From: Azolla caroliniana
Taxonomy: Eukaryota; Plantae; Polypodiophyta
Direction: 5' to 3'
Assembly (NCBI GenBank): GCA_043228905.1
Contig: JBHGNT010000009.1
Coordinates: forward strand, 14,880,001-14,944,000
DNA length: 64,000 nt
The notes beneath the pieces were generated by a model. That model searched no databases and was not told where the DNA came from. It saw only the letters and a program-made list of their open reading frames with translations. A program made the translations under genes and the position numbers. Of the stretch, positions 10,534-23,043 are shown in pieces. Numbering within the stretch: the stretch's first letter is position 1; each line of letters opens with the position of its first letter.

Positions 10534-13500
10534 AGAGGGCTATCAAGGCGTGGGGCTGCAATAGTCCGGACACCCCAGAAAAACCCCACAGATGTACTAT
10601 AGGCAAAAAGACCTGTACCATAGGTAGGAAATTTTGGTTCTCCGATAGCGGAGGTTGTACGATAGCCGTCATAGTTGGCCGGGAAAAGAAGCGGGCAGAG
10701 GAGCGACTTCGGGCATGCGGAGTCCTCGGCCTTAAAGAGGAAATCAACGGAGCCGTGGAGGCGGTCTCTTTCGACGACACCTTAGGGAGGTTACGGGAGG
10801 TGTTCGGGGAAGGCCTTAATGAGGACCGGACGATTCTGGTATGTTCAGAAGAGATGTACGAAGTCATCGCCGACTTCGGTAATGGACTCGAGTCGAATCG
10901 GACGACCCGAGTGGATACGAAGTACAAGACTGTGGATCGGAAGGTGAGGCCAATCGCGACACCCTTGCCGTAGGGCAGTGAGTTATGGATAAAGGGGGTC
11001 GCGTCAGACCCAAGTTTACGAGATGCGGCCAGCATTGGACACACGTTCACCGACATAATGCTACGGGAGCTCAAGATCGGTGGGGGTGGCTTTCTACTGC
11101 CGGCGGAAGAGGACCGGTTTCGGAGAATGTTCGGGAGGCACGTGAAGGCTTTCACATTCTTGCCGGAGGAGATCGGGTGCGTAGACCCGACGGTTGTGGA
11201 ACCAATGGTGATCTTCACGGTACCGCATGTGCCGTGGAATCTCAAACCGATTCCGATACCCAGAACTCACATCCCGAAGCTGATGGAGCTGCTGAAGCAG
11301 AAGGTGGAGATGGGCATCCTCGAACCGTCGAGTGCCCATCGAATCAGTGGTTTACCGTGCCAAAGAAGAACGACACGTTGCACTTTATTCGAGACCTGCA
11401 GCCGGTCAACAAGGTGACCATTCGGAACGCAAGAATCGGACTGACCATAGACGAGTTCGCGGAGGCCTTCGCCGGAAGGTCAATTTACTCAGTCGGTGAT
11501 CTGTACTCAGGGTACGATCAATTCCAACTAGCCGTAGAGAGTAGGGATGTCACGACGATGCAGACTCCTCTCGGCCTGGTTTGGATGTGTACCTTACCGC
11601 AAGGGGGAACTAACTTGGTGGCGCACATGGTGAATGCGATGAACAAGGTGTTGAGGGACTGCATCCCGGACATCACCATGCCATTTTTGGACGACATCCC
11701 GATCAAAGGATGTCCGGTGGAGGCCAAGGACGAGTCGATCGGGCCCGACGGTTGCCGGAGGTTTGTGACGGATCACATCCGCGACTGCGAGAAGGTGCTA
11801 CATAGACTCGAGAGCCCGCGGCTCACCTTCTCCGGAGAAAAATCAGCCTTCGGACAACCGGAGATCCTAGTAGTCGGACACCTGTGCAGGCCTTACGGCC
11901 GAAAGCTGTCCCCGACGAAGGTAGAAGCCATCTCCGCGATGAAGGATGATTGCGGGTTGGTTACTGAGGTCCGAAGGATCCTGGGGGCATGTGCGTTCTA
12001 TCACATCTGGATTTCGCACTACGCGCATGTCACGGAACCACTCTACGGGTTATTGAAGAAAGGGCGTTGGTTCGAATGGAGGACGGAGCACATGGAGTTG
12101 GTCCGGAGACTGAAGGAGGCGCTTGCCGCGGCATCGGCTCTTCGGAAAGCGGTTTACGGCAAGGAAGTCCCGATTTACGTGAGTGTGGACACAAGTCCGA
12201 CCGGGGTCGGATGGGTGATCAACCAAGAGGATGATGATGGTGCGAGGTTCCCCATCCGGTTCGGTGCGAAAGTCCTCAGTGAGCGACAATGAGGATACGC
12301 CCAGGTTAAACGCGAACTCTGGGGTATCGTTTCAGCGGTCAAGGCTGATAAAGACTACCTGATCGGGACCAAGATGATAATCAAGATGGACTGCCTGCCG
12401 ATTCTCAGCATGGTTTCCGGATGCGCGATGCTGGACCTAGCAATGCTCAGGTGGATAGCGTACATCAAGTCCCTGAATCCGGAAATACGACACATTTCCG
12501 AAAAAGACAATGCCATGGCCGACATGCTTTCGAGAGTGAGGTTCGATGACGAGGATGGCATGGTTTCGGAGGACGAGGAAGTCGGCGTGAACTTCTTCGA
12601 GGCGGCTTATGTAACAACAAGGAAGGGGAGCACTCCGGCACTTAACGAATTCGACAAGAGCAAGTACGATGGGGAGTGGCTCCAGATCGGTGGGTTCCTG
12701 AAGACAATGACACCGGACGCGACGTGGACAAAGGAAGAGACCAACCGGATTTGGAAGAAAGCGTACCGATTCTTCCTACGGGACAGGAGCATATGGAAGC
12801 ACCTGAAGAAGAGAAACGACATCCCGCTCCGAGTGGTGGCGAGGAAAGAGGAACAAGAAGAATTGTTGATGGCATACCACGAGAGTCCTTGGGCCGGACA
12901 CCGCGGGACGTGGGCCACATTCGAGAAACTGAAGGGGAAGTACTGGTGGCCGAGACTATACCGGGACGTGCATCGGTTTGTGATGACTTGCGAAAGTTGT
13001 CAGGTGCACTCCATAGCCCGACATCGGGACAAGCTTCACCTGACCTACCCTCCGATCGTCCACTTCAAGTGGATGGTGGATCTGGTGACGATGCCGATGG
13101 GGGTAGGGCAAATGCGGTATCTGGTGCTGGCTCGGGAGGACCTGACGAACCAGGTGGAAGGCCGAGCATTGCAGAACAAAATGACCGCGGCCGTGTGCCG
13201 ATTTGTGATCGAAGAAGTGGTATGCCAGTATGGGTGCGTAGGTAAGATCGTGGCCGACCGCAGAGAATTGGACGCGCAAGAGGCGGAAGAGTTGTTTGAC
13301 CGGCTAGGGATTAAACTCTCGCTCACCACAACGTACAATCCGGAGGCTAACGGGAAGGTGGAACACAGACACGGGCCAATCGTCAAAGCGTTAGTACGGG
13401 CGTGTGGAGGCCAAGTCGGGAACTGGCTGCGGCTCTTACCCTATGCGTTGTGGGTGGACCGAACTACGCACAGTTTGGTAACCAAGTTCATGTCCGCAGA

Positions 13501-14014
13501 GCTAATGTACGGGCAGAAGCCGATCATGCCAGCGGAGCAGACAATCTCCTCATGGGTCACGGTGGACTGGAAGAACGAGATGAGCCGAGAGGAGCTGTTG
13601 GCGGCACGGATTCGGCAGTTGGAGCGAAGACCGGAGGACGTGGACCGAGCCGCGGAGAAGCTACGGGTGGCGAGGGTAAAGAACAAAGGACGGTTCGACC
13701 GGACTCACCGACTGAGACCGAAGAAGATCGAGGAAGGCGATTGGGTTCTAGTGTATGACAGCAGCCTCGACAACCAACACTAGGCAATGCGGAAGTTTGC
13801 AAGAAGGTGGTTCGGGCCTTATGTGGTGACAAGCGCCAATGACAATGGGACCTACCATATAGGGGAGCTCGACGGGACAAGGCTGGCGGTACCGGTGGCG
13901 GGGAAAAGGATCAAAGCATTCAAAAAGCGGCACAAGGCTGAACCGGACCCGGATGACTTGGATAGCGACAACGACCGGCTCGGAACGGATGTCGATCCGG
14001 AAGACGAAGGATAA
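10524..14014 (+). pseudogene. Gypsy-A pol (RT-RNase H-integrase) in the -1 frame (disrupted)
   Basis: DLYSGYDQF, LPQG, FLDD RT motifs; RH VDTSPTG; IN HHCC and WMVDLV/IVAD/NGKVE. Confidence 0.9.
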
Positions 14015-14773
14015 GCGTGGGCCAGTCTTCTCCGGAAAGAGTCTAATTTTGGCGCATACCAGTGGATGCGCGGTTAGGTGGGGGCGGATGTCGTGGAGAA
14101 AACCGTCCCTAGGCAGAAACTAGGTATAACGTGCGTAAACTGGCCCTTACACGTGGGCACAAGTTTTGTTGTATAGTACGCAGATAGGTACAAGTCGAGT
14201 GAGGTGAAATCCTAGGTAGCACACATTCATTAGGAGAAAATCGAGGCGTATCCTTGTCCGAAAGGACAGGGAATAAACATGATGTAACGAGTGGTAACGG
14301 CCTCCCTCCTTGGGCTATAAAAGAGAGGGAGAGGTATTGTAGAAGGGGGGGGGGGGGGGAAATCACGTTTTGTAGAGGACGAAGTGATGCCGGACTGAAG
14401 CCGTGCTCTTCTCGTTTGTCTTCTCCATAGTCATTCTGTACAGGTTTTCGGGAGGTTGACTCTGCTCCGCGGAATGCCTGAGTGCTTCCGGTAGAGTCCA
14501 TCTCGCGTTCTATGTGTGTGGGCGTGTGTGCAGGCGTCGGAGCCTATCACTCACCGGCTTGCCGGTTGTAACTCCTTGATTTATTTACACATAAACATTC
14601 GTTCTGCCTCCATTGTTCAGAGTTAGTTGCAACTCCCGTGAATCTGTGTGTCGGTGCACGTGTGACGTACATATGTAGTTTCCTTCCCCTCTTCTCATTC
14701 GGTTATTTCTCGGTCCGAGACCCCCGTGGTCCCACCTCGTTCTCCACACACGCATGTAACAACGCGACAACGG

Positions 14774-16696
14774 GTACAATAAATACATGGCGCACCATTA
14801 CGCGTACATGACACGAGTGGCAGAAGTGCGCGAGCCAGAGAGGTATGCAGAAGTGGCGAAAGACGCAAATTGGCGTGCTGCGATGGAGGAAGAGATGCGC
14901 GCTTTAACGGACAACAAGACTTGGGACATGGTTGACACACCTAAAGGTGTAAAGCCAATCCAATGCAGATGGGTGTTTAAGGTGAAATACAACATTGACG
15001 GCTCGGTCAACCGATATAAGGCCCGTTTGGTTGCAAAAGGCTACGCGCAGAAGCACGACATAGATTACGACGAGACGTTCACGTTGGTCGCGAAGATGAC
15101 CATGGTGTGTGTTCTACAAGCCGTAGAAGCGGTGAAGGGGTGGCACTTACATCAGATGGATGTAATGCGTTCCTATAAGGGGATCTTGAGGAACAAGTGT
15201 ACATGGTACAACCGCCCGGATTTCTATCCGAATAGAACACTTCAGCAATCTGCCGATTGAAGAAGGTGTTATACGGACTTAAACAAGCCCCCGAGCTTGG
15301 AATGCGAAGATTACGCAACAGTTGTGTAGAATGGGGTTTACGACGTCTAGATCGGACTCTTTGTTGTTCGTTCCGCAAGGTCGACATGGACCGGCAACTA
15401 GCATATGTTCCCACAGGTCGACAGATTACTGACATCTTCACCAAACCCCTTGGTCTCGACAAGTTGCGGCATTTCTCGGGTGTCAGAAACCCAACGTTCC
15501 TTATGCGCAACGCTCGGCCACAACCGAGCTTAGAATGATACACAGAAAACGGGAAATTGAACACGACACAAAGGAGAGGAAGATACACAAGAGGTTTACG
15601 TGGAAAACCCCAAACTAGGGGAAAAACCACGGCAGCCCACAGGCTGCAAACTGTCACTATGTAGGAATGTACAAAACAATGAGTTCGCGGAGGCAACGAC
15701 CTCGGACTCACGATCTTCGCCACAGGCGGCGGTTACTACAGAGGCAACGACCTCGTCTCTCTCTCTCTCTTTGTACAGTTACACACTCTCTCTTCTTCTT
15801 GCACCAACAAGAAAATGACAACAACAGATACTAAAAGTTTGCCCTAAGTCATATTTATACTAATATGACTTTTCGGCTATTTACAAATATAGCCTCGATG
15901 GGCTCTCAGAAACATATTCACGAATATGTCTCTTCCTCCGGTTCATACCGGGCCTGCACCATCCGGCTCTCCGTAGCCGGGTACTACTCATCCGGTTCAC
16001 ACCGGACCTGTATCATCCGGCTCTCCGTAGCCGGGTACTACTCATCCGGTTCACACTGGGCCTGTATCATCCGGCTCTCCGTAGCCGGGTACTCCTCGTA
16101 CCGTTTCGGCCTCGGCCGAGTTTGTTCGTCGGCACTGTTCTTCTCCCTCCCCATCCGGAGGGACCTATCTCCCAACATCGGGTGAGTTGGGTTTGCGTCA
16201 CCTCGACACGCCGAACTTGAGGGGGAGACAATAGGAGCGTGAATGTGAAAGGAGCGGTAGTGACCGCGATGCCGAATCGGATGAAGAATTCGTAGCCGGA
16301 CAAGGGGGAGATACAACCAAGAAGGGCGTAAAGGCTAATACCAAGACGTGGTCTGACGTTGTCAAGGGCTTGAAGACTGAAGACGAATTGGAGACAGCCA
16401 ATTCGGACATGAGCAGAAATGAGTTGGTAGTGACCGATTCAATCGAAATGTTCAATTCGAACATGCCGAATCAACTAAGGGCCGAGTGGAGGAAAGGGCA
16501 GTGGAAGAGGTGCCAATACCGCGACAACAAGGGAGCTGAGAAGGGCCACACGAGTAGACAAGCCGACCGAAAGGGTCAAGGCGCACGAAATCGAATGGGT
16601 CGAGGAGCACGAGCGAGGCGTAAAGCCAGGAGAAGCCGGAGCGAAGATTCGGAAGAGCGGATGAAACCTCAAGTTGAGCTTGAGGGGGAGTATTGA
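14774..16696 (+). pseudogene. Copia-A RT (internally deleted), RNase H end and charged C-terminal extension
   Basis: AMEEEM..WVFKVK..YKARLVAKGYAQ..HQMDV; LYGLKQAP; DIFTKPL; frame continues to a stop inside the 3' LTR. Confidence 0.85.
15481..16177 (-). mobile_element. Solo LTR of the Copia family seen at 22232-23043, inserted in Copia-A RNase H
   Basis: TG...CA termini; TSD TCGGG (15476-15480, 16178-16182); shares blocks AACGCTCGGCCACAACCGAG, TTGCCCTAAGTCATATTTATAC and CCGGAGGGACC with the 22-kb LTR; three 54-bp tandem units at 15937, 15991, 16045. Confidence 0.9.
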
Positions 16697-17659
16697 GATA
16701 CAAGCTCAACATTGGGTGTGTAACCCAGTGTGTAGACTGGGTGCACAAAACTGTACGCACAACATGGTCATAGCAGTGCGTAAACTGAGAGACTGTTAGA
16801 ACGTTATTCCTCGTAATGAATAACTTTGGGAGTTAGTGTAGAAGGCTCATTTATGGGCAGTCAAGCACTATCAGTAGTTGTGTTAGCCCAATAGTCAGGG
16901 CTTGTATAAAAGGTGCTCACTGAGCACGAGGTACATAGACAGAGAACATACAGAGATTTATTTTTTAATATAGTTTTCGTTCTGCTCTCTGTCTTTGTCT
17001 CTCCCTCTCCTTCTCAGTGATTTTTGCGTTTTTACTGAACTATCATACTTCCGAACTGAGTATTATGTGTCTTACGCATACGCTTCTGCACACATATTCT
17101 TTTACATCTACATTGACAGCTTGGAAAGATCTCGGGTTAACACAATTCATGATAAGGGATATGCAATAGTTGTTATTGCTCACGACCTTTCAAGACATTA
17201 TTAGTTTAGGGGGTATGTTATATAAATAAATAGATCTATATAGAAAGGATAGATCTTTTCATGAAATTTGGCATATTAGTGACTTAATAAGTGATCATAT
17301 ATATGGACATTGCATAATGCTCATGGTTTCTTTTGTTCCATATAACACTCATATGAGACAATGTGGCAAACCAAATGCTCACCTACGAGAGGTCAATAAA
17401 TGTGAATAAAACTTATATGGGTGTCTATGCATAAGGTGCATTTCAAGACAAAATGCTTAAACAAAATAATTGCCAAGCACAAGCACACTATGCAAACGAA
17501 GATTGGGTCATTGTATAGGGAGGTAGGTCCTTACTTCTCAATGTTGGGAGAGCCCAACTCATCAGTTAAAAAATCGCAAGACAAGAAGGTAAGTGTAGGA
17601 GCCATTCAATCACCTTAAGACCACACATCATAACTCGATTGGTATGTTTGTATGTTTGT

Positions 17660-18180
17660 ATGTTTGAAGCTTCTTCCATCGGTACCATCAATATGGTTTT
17701 TGTTAATTGAAAAGCTTCTCATCATGTGATTTACAACTTTATCTTTATCAATATGTTATGTATGGCTTCTCAGAACATATTATCTTATATGAGCTCTTTC
17801 TAAATTGGATGATTCTATAACTTTTGCTTCATTATGAGCTTTGTCGTTTGTGGCTTCTTGCACCGATTGTTTTAAATATAAGACATTTCATGTTGCGATT
17901 CTTCAATTGCTTTCAGAATGAGCTTTCAAGTATGTTTGAAGGTTCTTCTATTAGTATCATCAATATGGTATTCGTTAATTGAAAAGCTCCTCATCATGTG
18001 ATTTACAACTTTATCTTTATCAATATGTTGTGTATGGCTTCTTATAACCTATTCTCTTATATGAGCTTTCTTAGTTGCATGATTCTATATCTTTTACTTC
18101 ATTATGAGCTTTGTTGTTTGTGGCTTCTTGCACCGATTGTTTTAAATATAAGACATTTCATGTCACGATTCTTCAATTGA
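17660..18180. repeat. Tandem duplication of a ~270-bp unit; partial third copy at ~3984-4037
   Basis: CATCAATATGGT..TTAATTGAAAAGCT.CTCATCATGTGATTTACAACTT at ~17686, ~17958 and ~3984. Confidence 0.85.
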
Positions 18181-18418
18181 GCTTTTCTACTTTCAGATAT
18201 ATAACATTGTCAGATTGATGGCTGCTCAATCCTTACAAGTCCTTGACATGGATGGATTTTGGGGTGAACGAAACACCAGTGAGGAGAAGTACTATTCAGA
18301 TTCATTCATAAAATATGTTATAGTCATCGAAGGTTTATGTACGAAGGAGGAAAAAAAACCACAATTCAAGATGGATGGAAACCCAAGACACTATGGAAGG
18401 GGCAAAGGCTTTAGAAAG

Positions 18419-20415
18419 TGTAGACATCTCGAGCCAACAGACCCATTGTGAGCCAACAAATGCGATAGATGCTAATGTGACTCGGAGATGCTGATGCGAT
18501 AGCCACATGTTACGAGCATGACCATATAATATCCCGTGGTGAGAATGTACCGTAGTATTCTATACATGTGGATAAAGTGTGAGGGTCAAACGAGAGTGGA
18601 AAGAATGGGAGTATTACTTTTAATCCTCGAGATTGAGACAACCCATTAGGCCAAGTGTGAACTTGCCTGGGGGCCTTAGGTCTTGCTATAAATATGAGGC
18701 CTAACTACCCTCATTTCACGATCGCTTGACTATGTTGAGACTCCGTCCTTGTGGTAGGTCAACTCTTGTAGCGAGCGTGCCAGCACCAAGTACGACTCGA
18801 CGCCACGACGGTGGTATGGGACGCTGATCGAGGCTCGAGTCCGTCTCGATCTCTCCGCTCGGGGTGGTTGGGTGGATCGTCACCCTTCTTTTTCTCTCTC
18901 TCCTTTCTTTCTATCTATTTTTGATATCCTTATCTTATGCTTACTTTAGAACATAACTCTAACAATTGGTATCAGAGCTCATGTTTCTAATGTTTCTTTT
19001 GTTAATTTTTTTTTCTTGTTAGATGGCGATCGAGCTTGATCAAGATAGCTATCAACAAAGGAACTTCGGTAACTCTTTTTTTTTCTATTCTTACTTCTCC
19101 CAATCTAATCATGTACGTCAATATGAGTTTTTTTATATTGATTCAATGATGTTGTAGTGGTAATGGGTTGGTTGTATAAAACGTATACATATGTGTATGA
19201 GATCAATACCTCATTTGACATGTATTTGTCGAATATGTGATTTGTGTCGAATGCGTACGAGGTTAATACCTCAATTGCGTATTACATTCAGATACATATG
19301 TTACGTATGCGTATGAGTGGTGGTTGATGATGAATATGTGCAAGATGAAATGGAAGATATGACAGAAAAAGTTGTTGATGGTGAAGTACCCACAAGGGAG
19401 TTGCAAGATGAAGAAGGTAACCTGGAAGTAATAGTTGGAGATTGGCTTTTGGAGATCAATGCATGTAAGGAAGTTGCAGTGTATGAAGGTGTTTGTTCAA
19501 GATTTGTGTTTTGGATTTGCATTGAGTAGCAACAAAGTTATGTGGGCATCAACTCTTAAACAACAATTTGATCAAGAGCCAAGAGAATTACTTGTAATGC
19601 ATGATTGGAGTATCATGAACTTATCACCATCAAAGGATCCACCACAACTAATCAAATGTATAAAGGAGAAGGAATCATCTATCGACAATGGCAAGCAAGA
19701 AGAGGAAAGCAAAACAATTGATGAATTTTTGTGGGATAGGGAAAAAAAATCATTCCACATGGTGTCTAAGGAGGAAGAAGAAGTCATTGAAGAGAAAAGC
19801 ATTATCACCTTGGAGAAGATGATTTCAAGCTATATCCAAGGATAAGACCATCTAAGGTTTAGTTCTTTTCTTTCTAAGTTTCCAAAATTACTCATAAATG
19901 TCTTTTCACAGATAAAAGGAGAAGATTGCTTCAAAGACCTTATCAAGTTGAAGGTACCAATTGCCCAAACTCTTCAAGAATCTAAGGTTGTGCAAAAGAA
20001 AGATCATAAAGCATTGTTACAAGAGAGTTTCATTTATCATATGGAGGATTTGAAGTGTATATCACCTATTGTTGTGGTTCCAAAGGAGAAAGACATCAAC
20101 TTCCAACCCTTGAATGATTCAACCAAACGAGATCTATTTTTGCTTCCTTTTTGAGATGAGATTATAGATGAAATGGTCAAACATAAAAAACAAGGTAGTG
20201 TGGAGAATGTCATGTGCCAAGAAGGAATTCATGTGGAATCAAAGATCAAAGTAATTCAAAAGGTGACAACTCCGACAAGTCTCAAAGCTTTGAAGGTGTT
20301 TGTGCAAAAGGTTCGCTCGCTCAAAAGGTTTATTCATATGTTGACATGCTTACTTCTCTCAAGAGCTATGTATCACATGACCCTACTCGTGTTTGGAGAG
20401 TTGACAAAGACATAG
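18419..20415 (+). mobile_element. Highly degraded Gypsy-like element: probable LTR, iMet PBS and RT remnants
   Basis: ...CTAACA at 18964, then TGGTATCAGAGC 18967-18978; ISPIVVVPK..FQPLN..KRDLFLLPF and IKVIQK..PTSLKALKVF RT-like fragments; left boundary uncertain. Confidence 0.55.
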
Positions 20416-21369
20416 TAATTGTGGTAACCTCTTTCTTTGTGTTGACAAGGAGAAAGATGGCGATGGCAATTGTCAATGTGTGTGTGGGTGTGTGTCTAGG
20501 AGTGTGAGGTTTTTCCTACCGACTAGCGGGGGTTTTACTCACATAATTTGTTTTATTTATTCTCTCCTTCTTTGTCTATAGCCATGAATAAGAGGAAGGA
20601 GAATTTTTGGTTTTATTAGTAGCTTAGGGTTCACCATAAATGGTTCACCAAAAAGCAAGGAGGGCTAAATGTGGAGTCGATTTTTGCTCATAGGAAAAGA
20701 CCGTGACAAATACATTGGATGCGAAGGTATAGAAGAATAAAGCACAATATGAAAGGTCCAAGAGTTAAAAGATAAATGAAATTGAAGAGAAATAAAGTTA
20801 GAGGCGTTTTTCAAAAGTAGAAAAAGAAGAAAAAAAGAAAAAGCAAGGTAGAGAAAAAAGCTCATAACTTCTTCATCTCTTATCCAAATTTCAAAAGAAA
20901 ATATTCATAAGAAAGCTGACAAAGAGAGCTTTCTTGTATGACAAATTTGGATGACAAAACAGAAATAATGATATGAAAAAACGCACCACACAAACTCGAG
21001 GATATGTAAAAGAAAAGAAAAGAAAAAGCAAGAATAATGCAACTAAAAACCTATAAGTATGAGGGTATTCTTAGCAATTGGGGAGACGAGGGGGGAATAG
21101 AATAGTTACGAAGGAAGGAAGAATAGAATATCTACAAGAAGAAGGGAGGAAGAAGAAGAAGATTAGAATAAGTGAGAAGACGATTAGTAGAAGAAGACGG
21201 AAAGATTATTTTAGTAATAGCATATTGCAGTACTTATTTGGGGTTGTTACTCTTGGAGTATAAGAGTATTGTATTGTTTTCTTGATGGTATATTGAAGTA
21301 TTCTTTTTTCTTCCTCTTCTCTTCTCTATCTTTTCTCTCTCTCTCTCTCTCTTCATCAATGAGCAACAA

Positions 21370-23043
21370 TTCTTCTTCACTTGTCGTGATTGCCGATGTT
21401 CCCTTCCGATCTGAGCCTTTCCGGTTTGGAGGTCCGAACCCTTCTTCGAATCGGCACTATCGGTTCCATTCTCTTTCCAGAAATTCTGACAGTTTCTCTG
21501 GAAGTGCCCTGGCCTCCCCCTTGACTTCGACCTTGTCCCCGAGTTTTCCCGGTTCGGGGGACTCCGGTACCGTCTTCTCCCCCGGTTATGGTCATCTTCC
21601 GTGACCAAGGCCTTCGGATCAGTACCGGATTCCTAGTCCTTTCGGCGAGCTGCTTCATCTAGCAAGCTTGATTTTACCCTTGCTAGGGACAATTGCTTTC
21701 CTTCCGGCCCGGTGTTGCCCAAAGTGCCAACTAGCGTCTCCCAACTATTTGGGAGGGAACCGAGCAGGAGAAATGCAAGTACCTTGTGGGCTAGAGGTAC
21801 TTAGAGCGAACTTTTTTGATTTATGAGCCCCTGAAATGCATTCATGTGCTATGCCATGTTGGATCTGTCTTGGTACCGGAGTCTCACTAACTTCCGGAAT
21901 ATCGAAACCCGATTTACAATGTTTTTACTCTCCAGCATGGTGCCGATTTTCTCCTAGAGCATATGAGCTTTACTTTCTTCATTGAAGTTGTTATATAGGC
22001 TCATGTTGATGAAGCATCAGATGTACACCGTTGTCTTCATGTGCATCACCTCCCATGTTGTGGCATCGATCTTGTCTGGTTTCTTGTCCCCGAACTATAC
22101 CGGTAGCTAGAGATCTTTTACCACGAGCACGTCCCTCATCTTCGACTTCCACACTAGGTAGTTGGAGCCGGTGGAGCTTGAACATGCCGTCGAATGATTC
22201 TTCCATTCCCTTGTAAGCTCTGATACTAGTTTGAGCGGAAATAACGCTCGGCCACAACCGAGTCTTCAACAAGGAATAGAAGAGAACAAACTAAAACAGA
22301 GATGACATAGGATGTTAATGTGGAAAACCCTAAATGGGAAAAACCACGGGAGCCCACCGACTCCAACTATCACTATGAGAGGAGGAATACAATGTGAGAC
22401 TCAGAGGCAACGACCTCGAGCTCTATGTCTTCGCCAAACCGGCGGTTACAACAGAAAACTAGTTCTGTATCTCTCTCTCTCTCTCTCTCTCTTTATTTAT
22501 TTTTATCGTAATTACCTTACCCTAGTGGTAAGCTGTTAACACTACAAGCACTGCGTTCTGGTTTTGAAACCCAACTTCCTCACCTCTCTATTATATACTT
22601 CTTATATATCTCTTAATTCACTAGATGCCACTGTGGAATGTAGGGGTTGAACCCATGACCACCTGGTCTCCATTGGGCAACCTTACCAACTGAGCTACAT
22701 CCATCTGGGCTCTCTCTCTCTCTCTCTCTCTATCTCTCTGCCTCTTTGTTTATAACAATATACAACAACACCATATTCCACATAAAGTGATTGCCCTAAG
22801 TCATATTTATACTTATATGAATTTTGGGCTATTTACAAATATAACCTCAATAGGCTAACCATGAAACATATTTACACATATGTCCTTCAATCCGGTTTGC
22901 ACCGGATCCATCCGGATTCACTTGATCCGGTTTCCGGGTCTCATCCGGAACCCTTCCGGATCCGGTTCCTTCATCCAGACTCGTCCGATATGGCTCCTTC
23001 GGTTCTCATCCAGATCCCATCCGGAGGGACCGAATTCCTAACA
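21370..23043 (-). mobile_element. Truncated Ty1/Copia (Tork/Tnt1-like): 5' LTR 22232-23043, PBS and gag remnant
   Basis: Mutated iMet PBS TAGTATCAGAGC 22228-22217; gag MEESFDGMFKL, LLLGSLPNSWETLV, RSKSR and partial knuckle GHFQRNC. Confidence 0.8.

Larger units (their letters stand above)
7683..14769 (+). mobile_element. Ty3/Gypsy element Gypsy-A (tRNA-Trp primed, no chromodomain), nested in Copia-A
   Basis: LTRs 7683-8356 and 14089-14769; PBS TGGTGAACCTGACGTGAA 8361-8378; 4-bp TSD ATGG/ACGG; removing it restores the host frame KRYGYN. Confidence 0.95.
4584..17106 (+). mobile_element. Ty1/Copia element Copia-A (degenerate; hosts Gypsy-A and a solo LTR)
   Basis: LTRs 4584-4996 and 16691-17106; TSD TCTAC (4579-4583, 17107-17111); iMet PBS TGGTATCAGAGC 4997-5008; PPT GAGGGGGAG before 3' LTR; gag-PR-IN-RT-RH order. 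Confidence 0.95.

Noticed and set aside
10430-11245. Long antisense ORFs over Gypsy pol (also 33087-33824, 50964-51536)
   Set aside because: They mirror the sense codon frame in GC-rich coding DNA, start at TTG and show no domain; shadow ORFs
15937-16100. Regularly spaced repeats as a CRISPR-like array (also the GACG-rich block 41720-41840)
   Set aside because: Head-to-tail repeats without unique spacers inside plant LTRs; no cas genes; eukaryotic context
16229-16237. CAA TAG as a programmed readthrough in the Copia-A tail
   Set aside because: Copia-B has no stop at this position; probably a nonsense mutation
20625-21370. Trp-PBS-like TGGTGAACCC (minus) and LTR-like stretch
   Set aside because: Match too short, with no paired LTR or TSD to define an element
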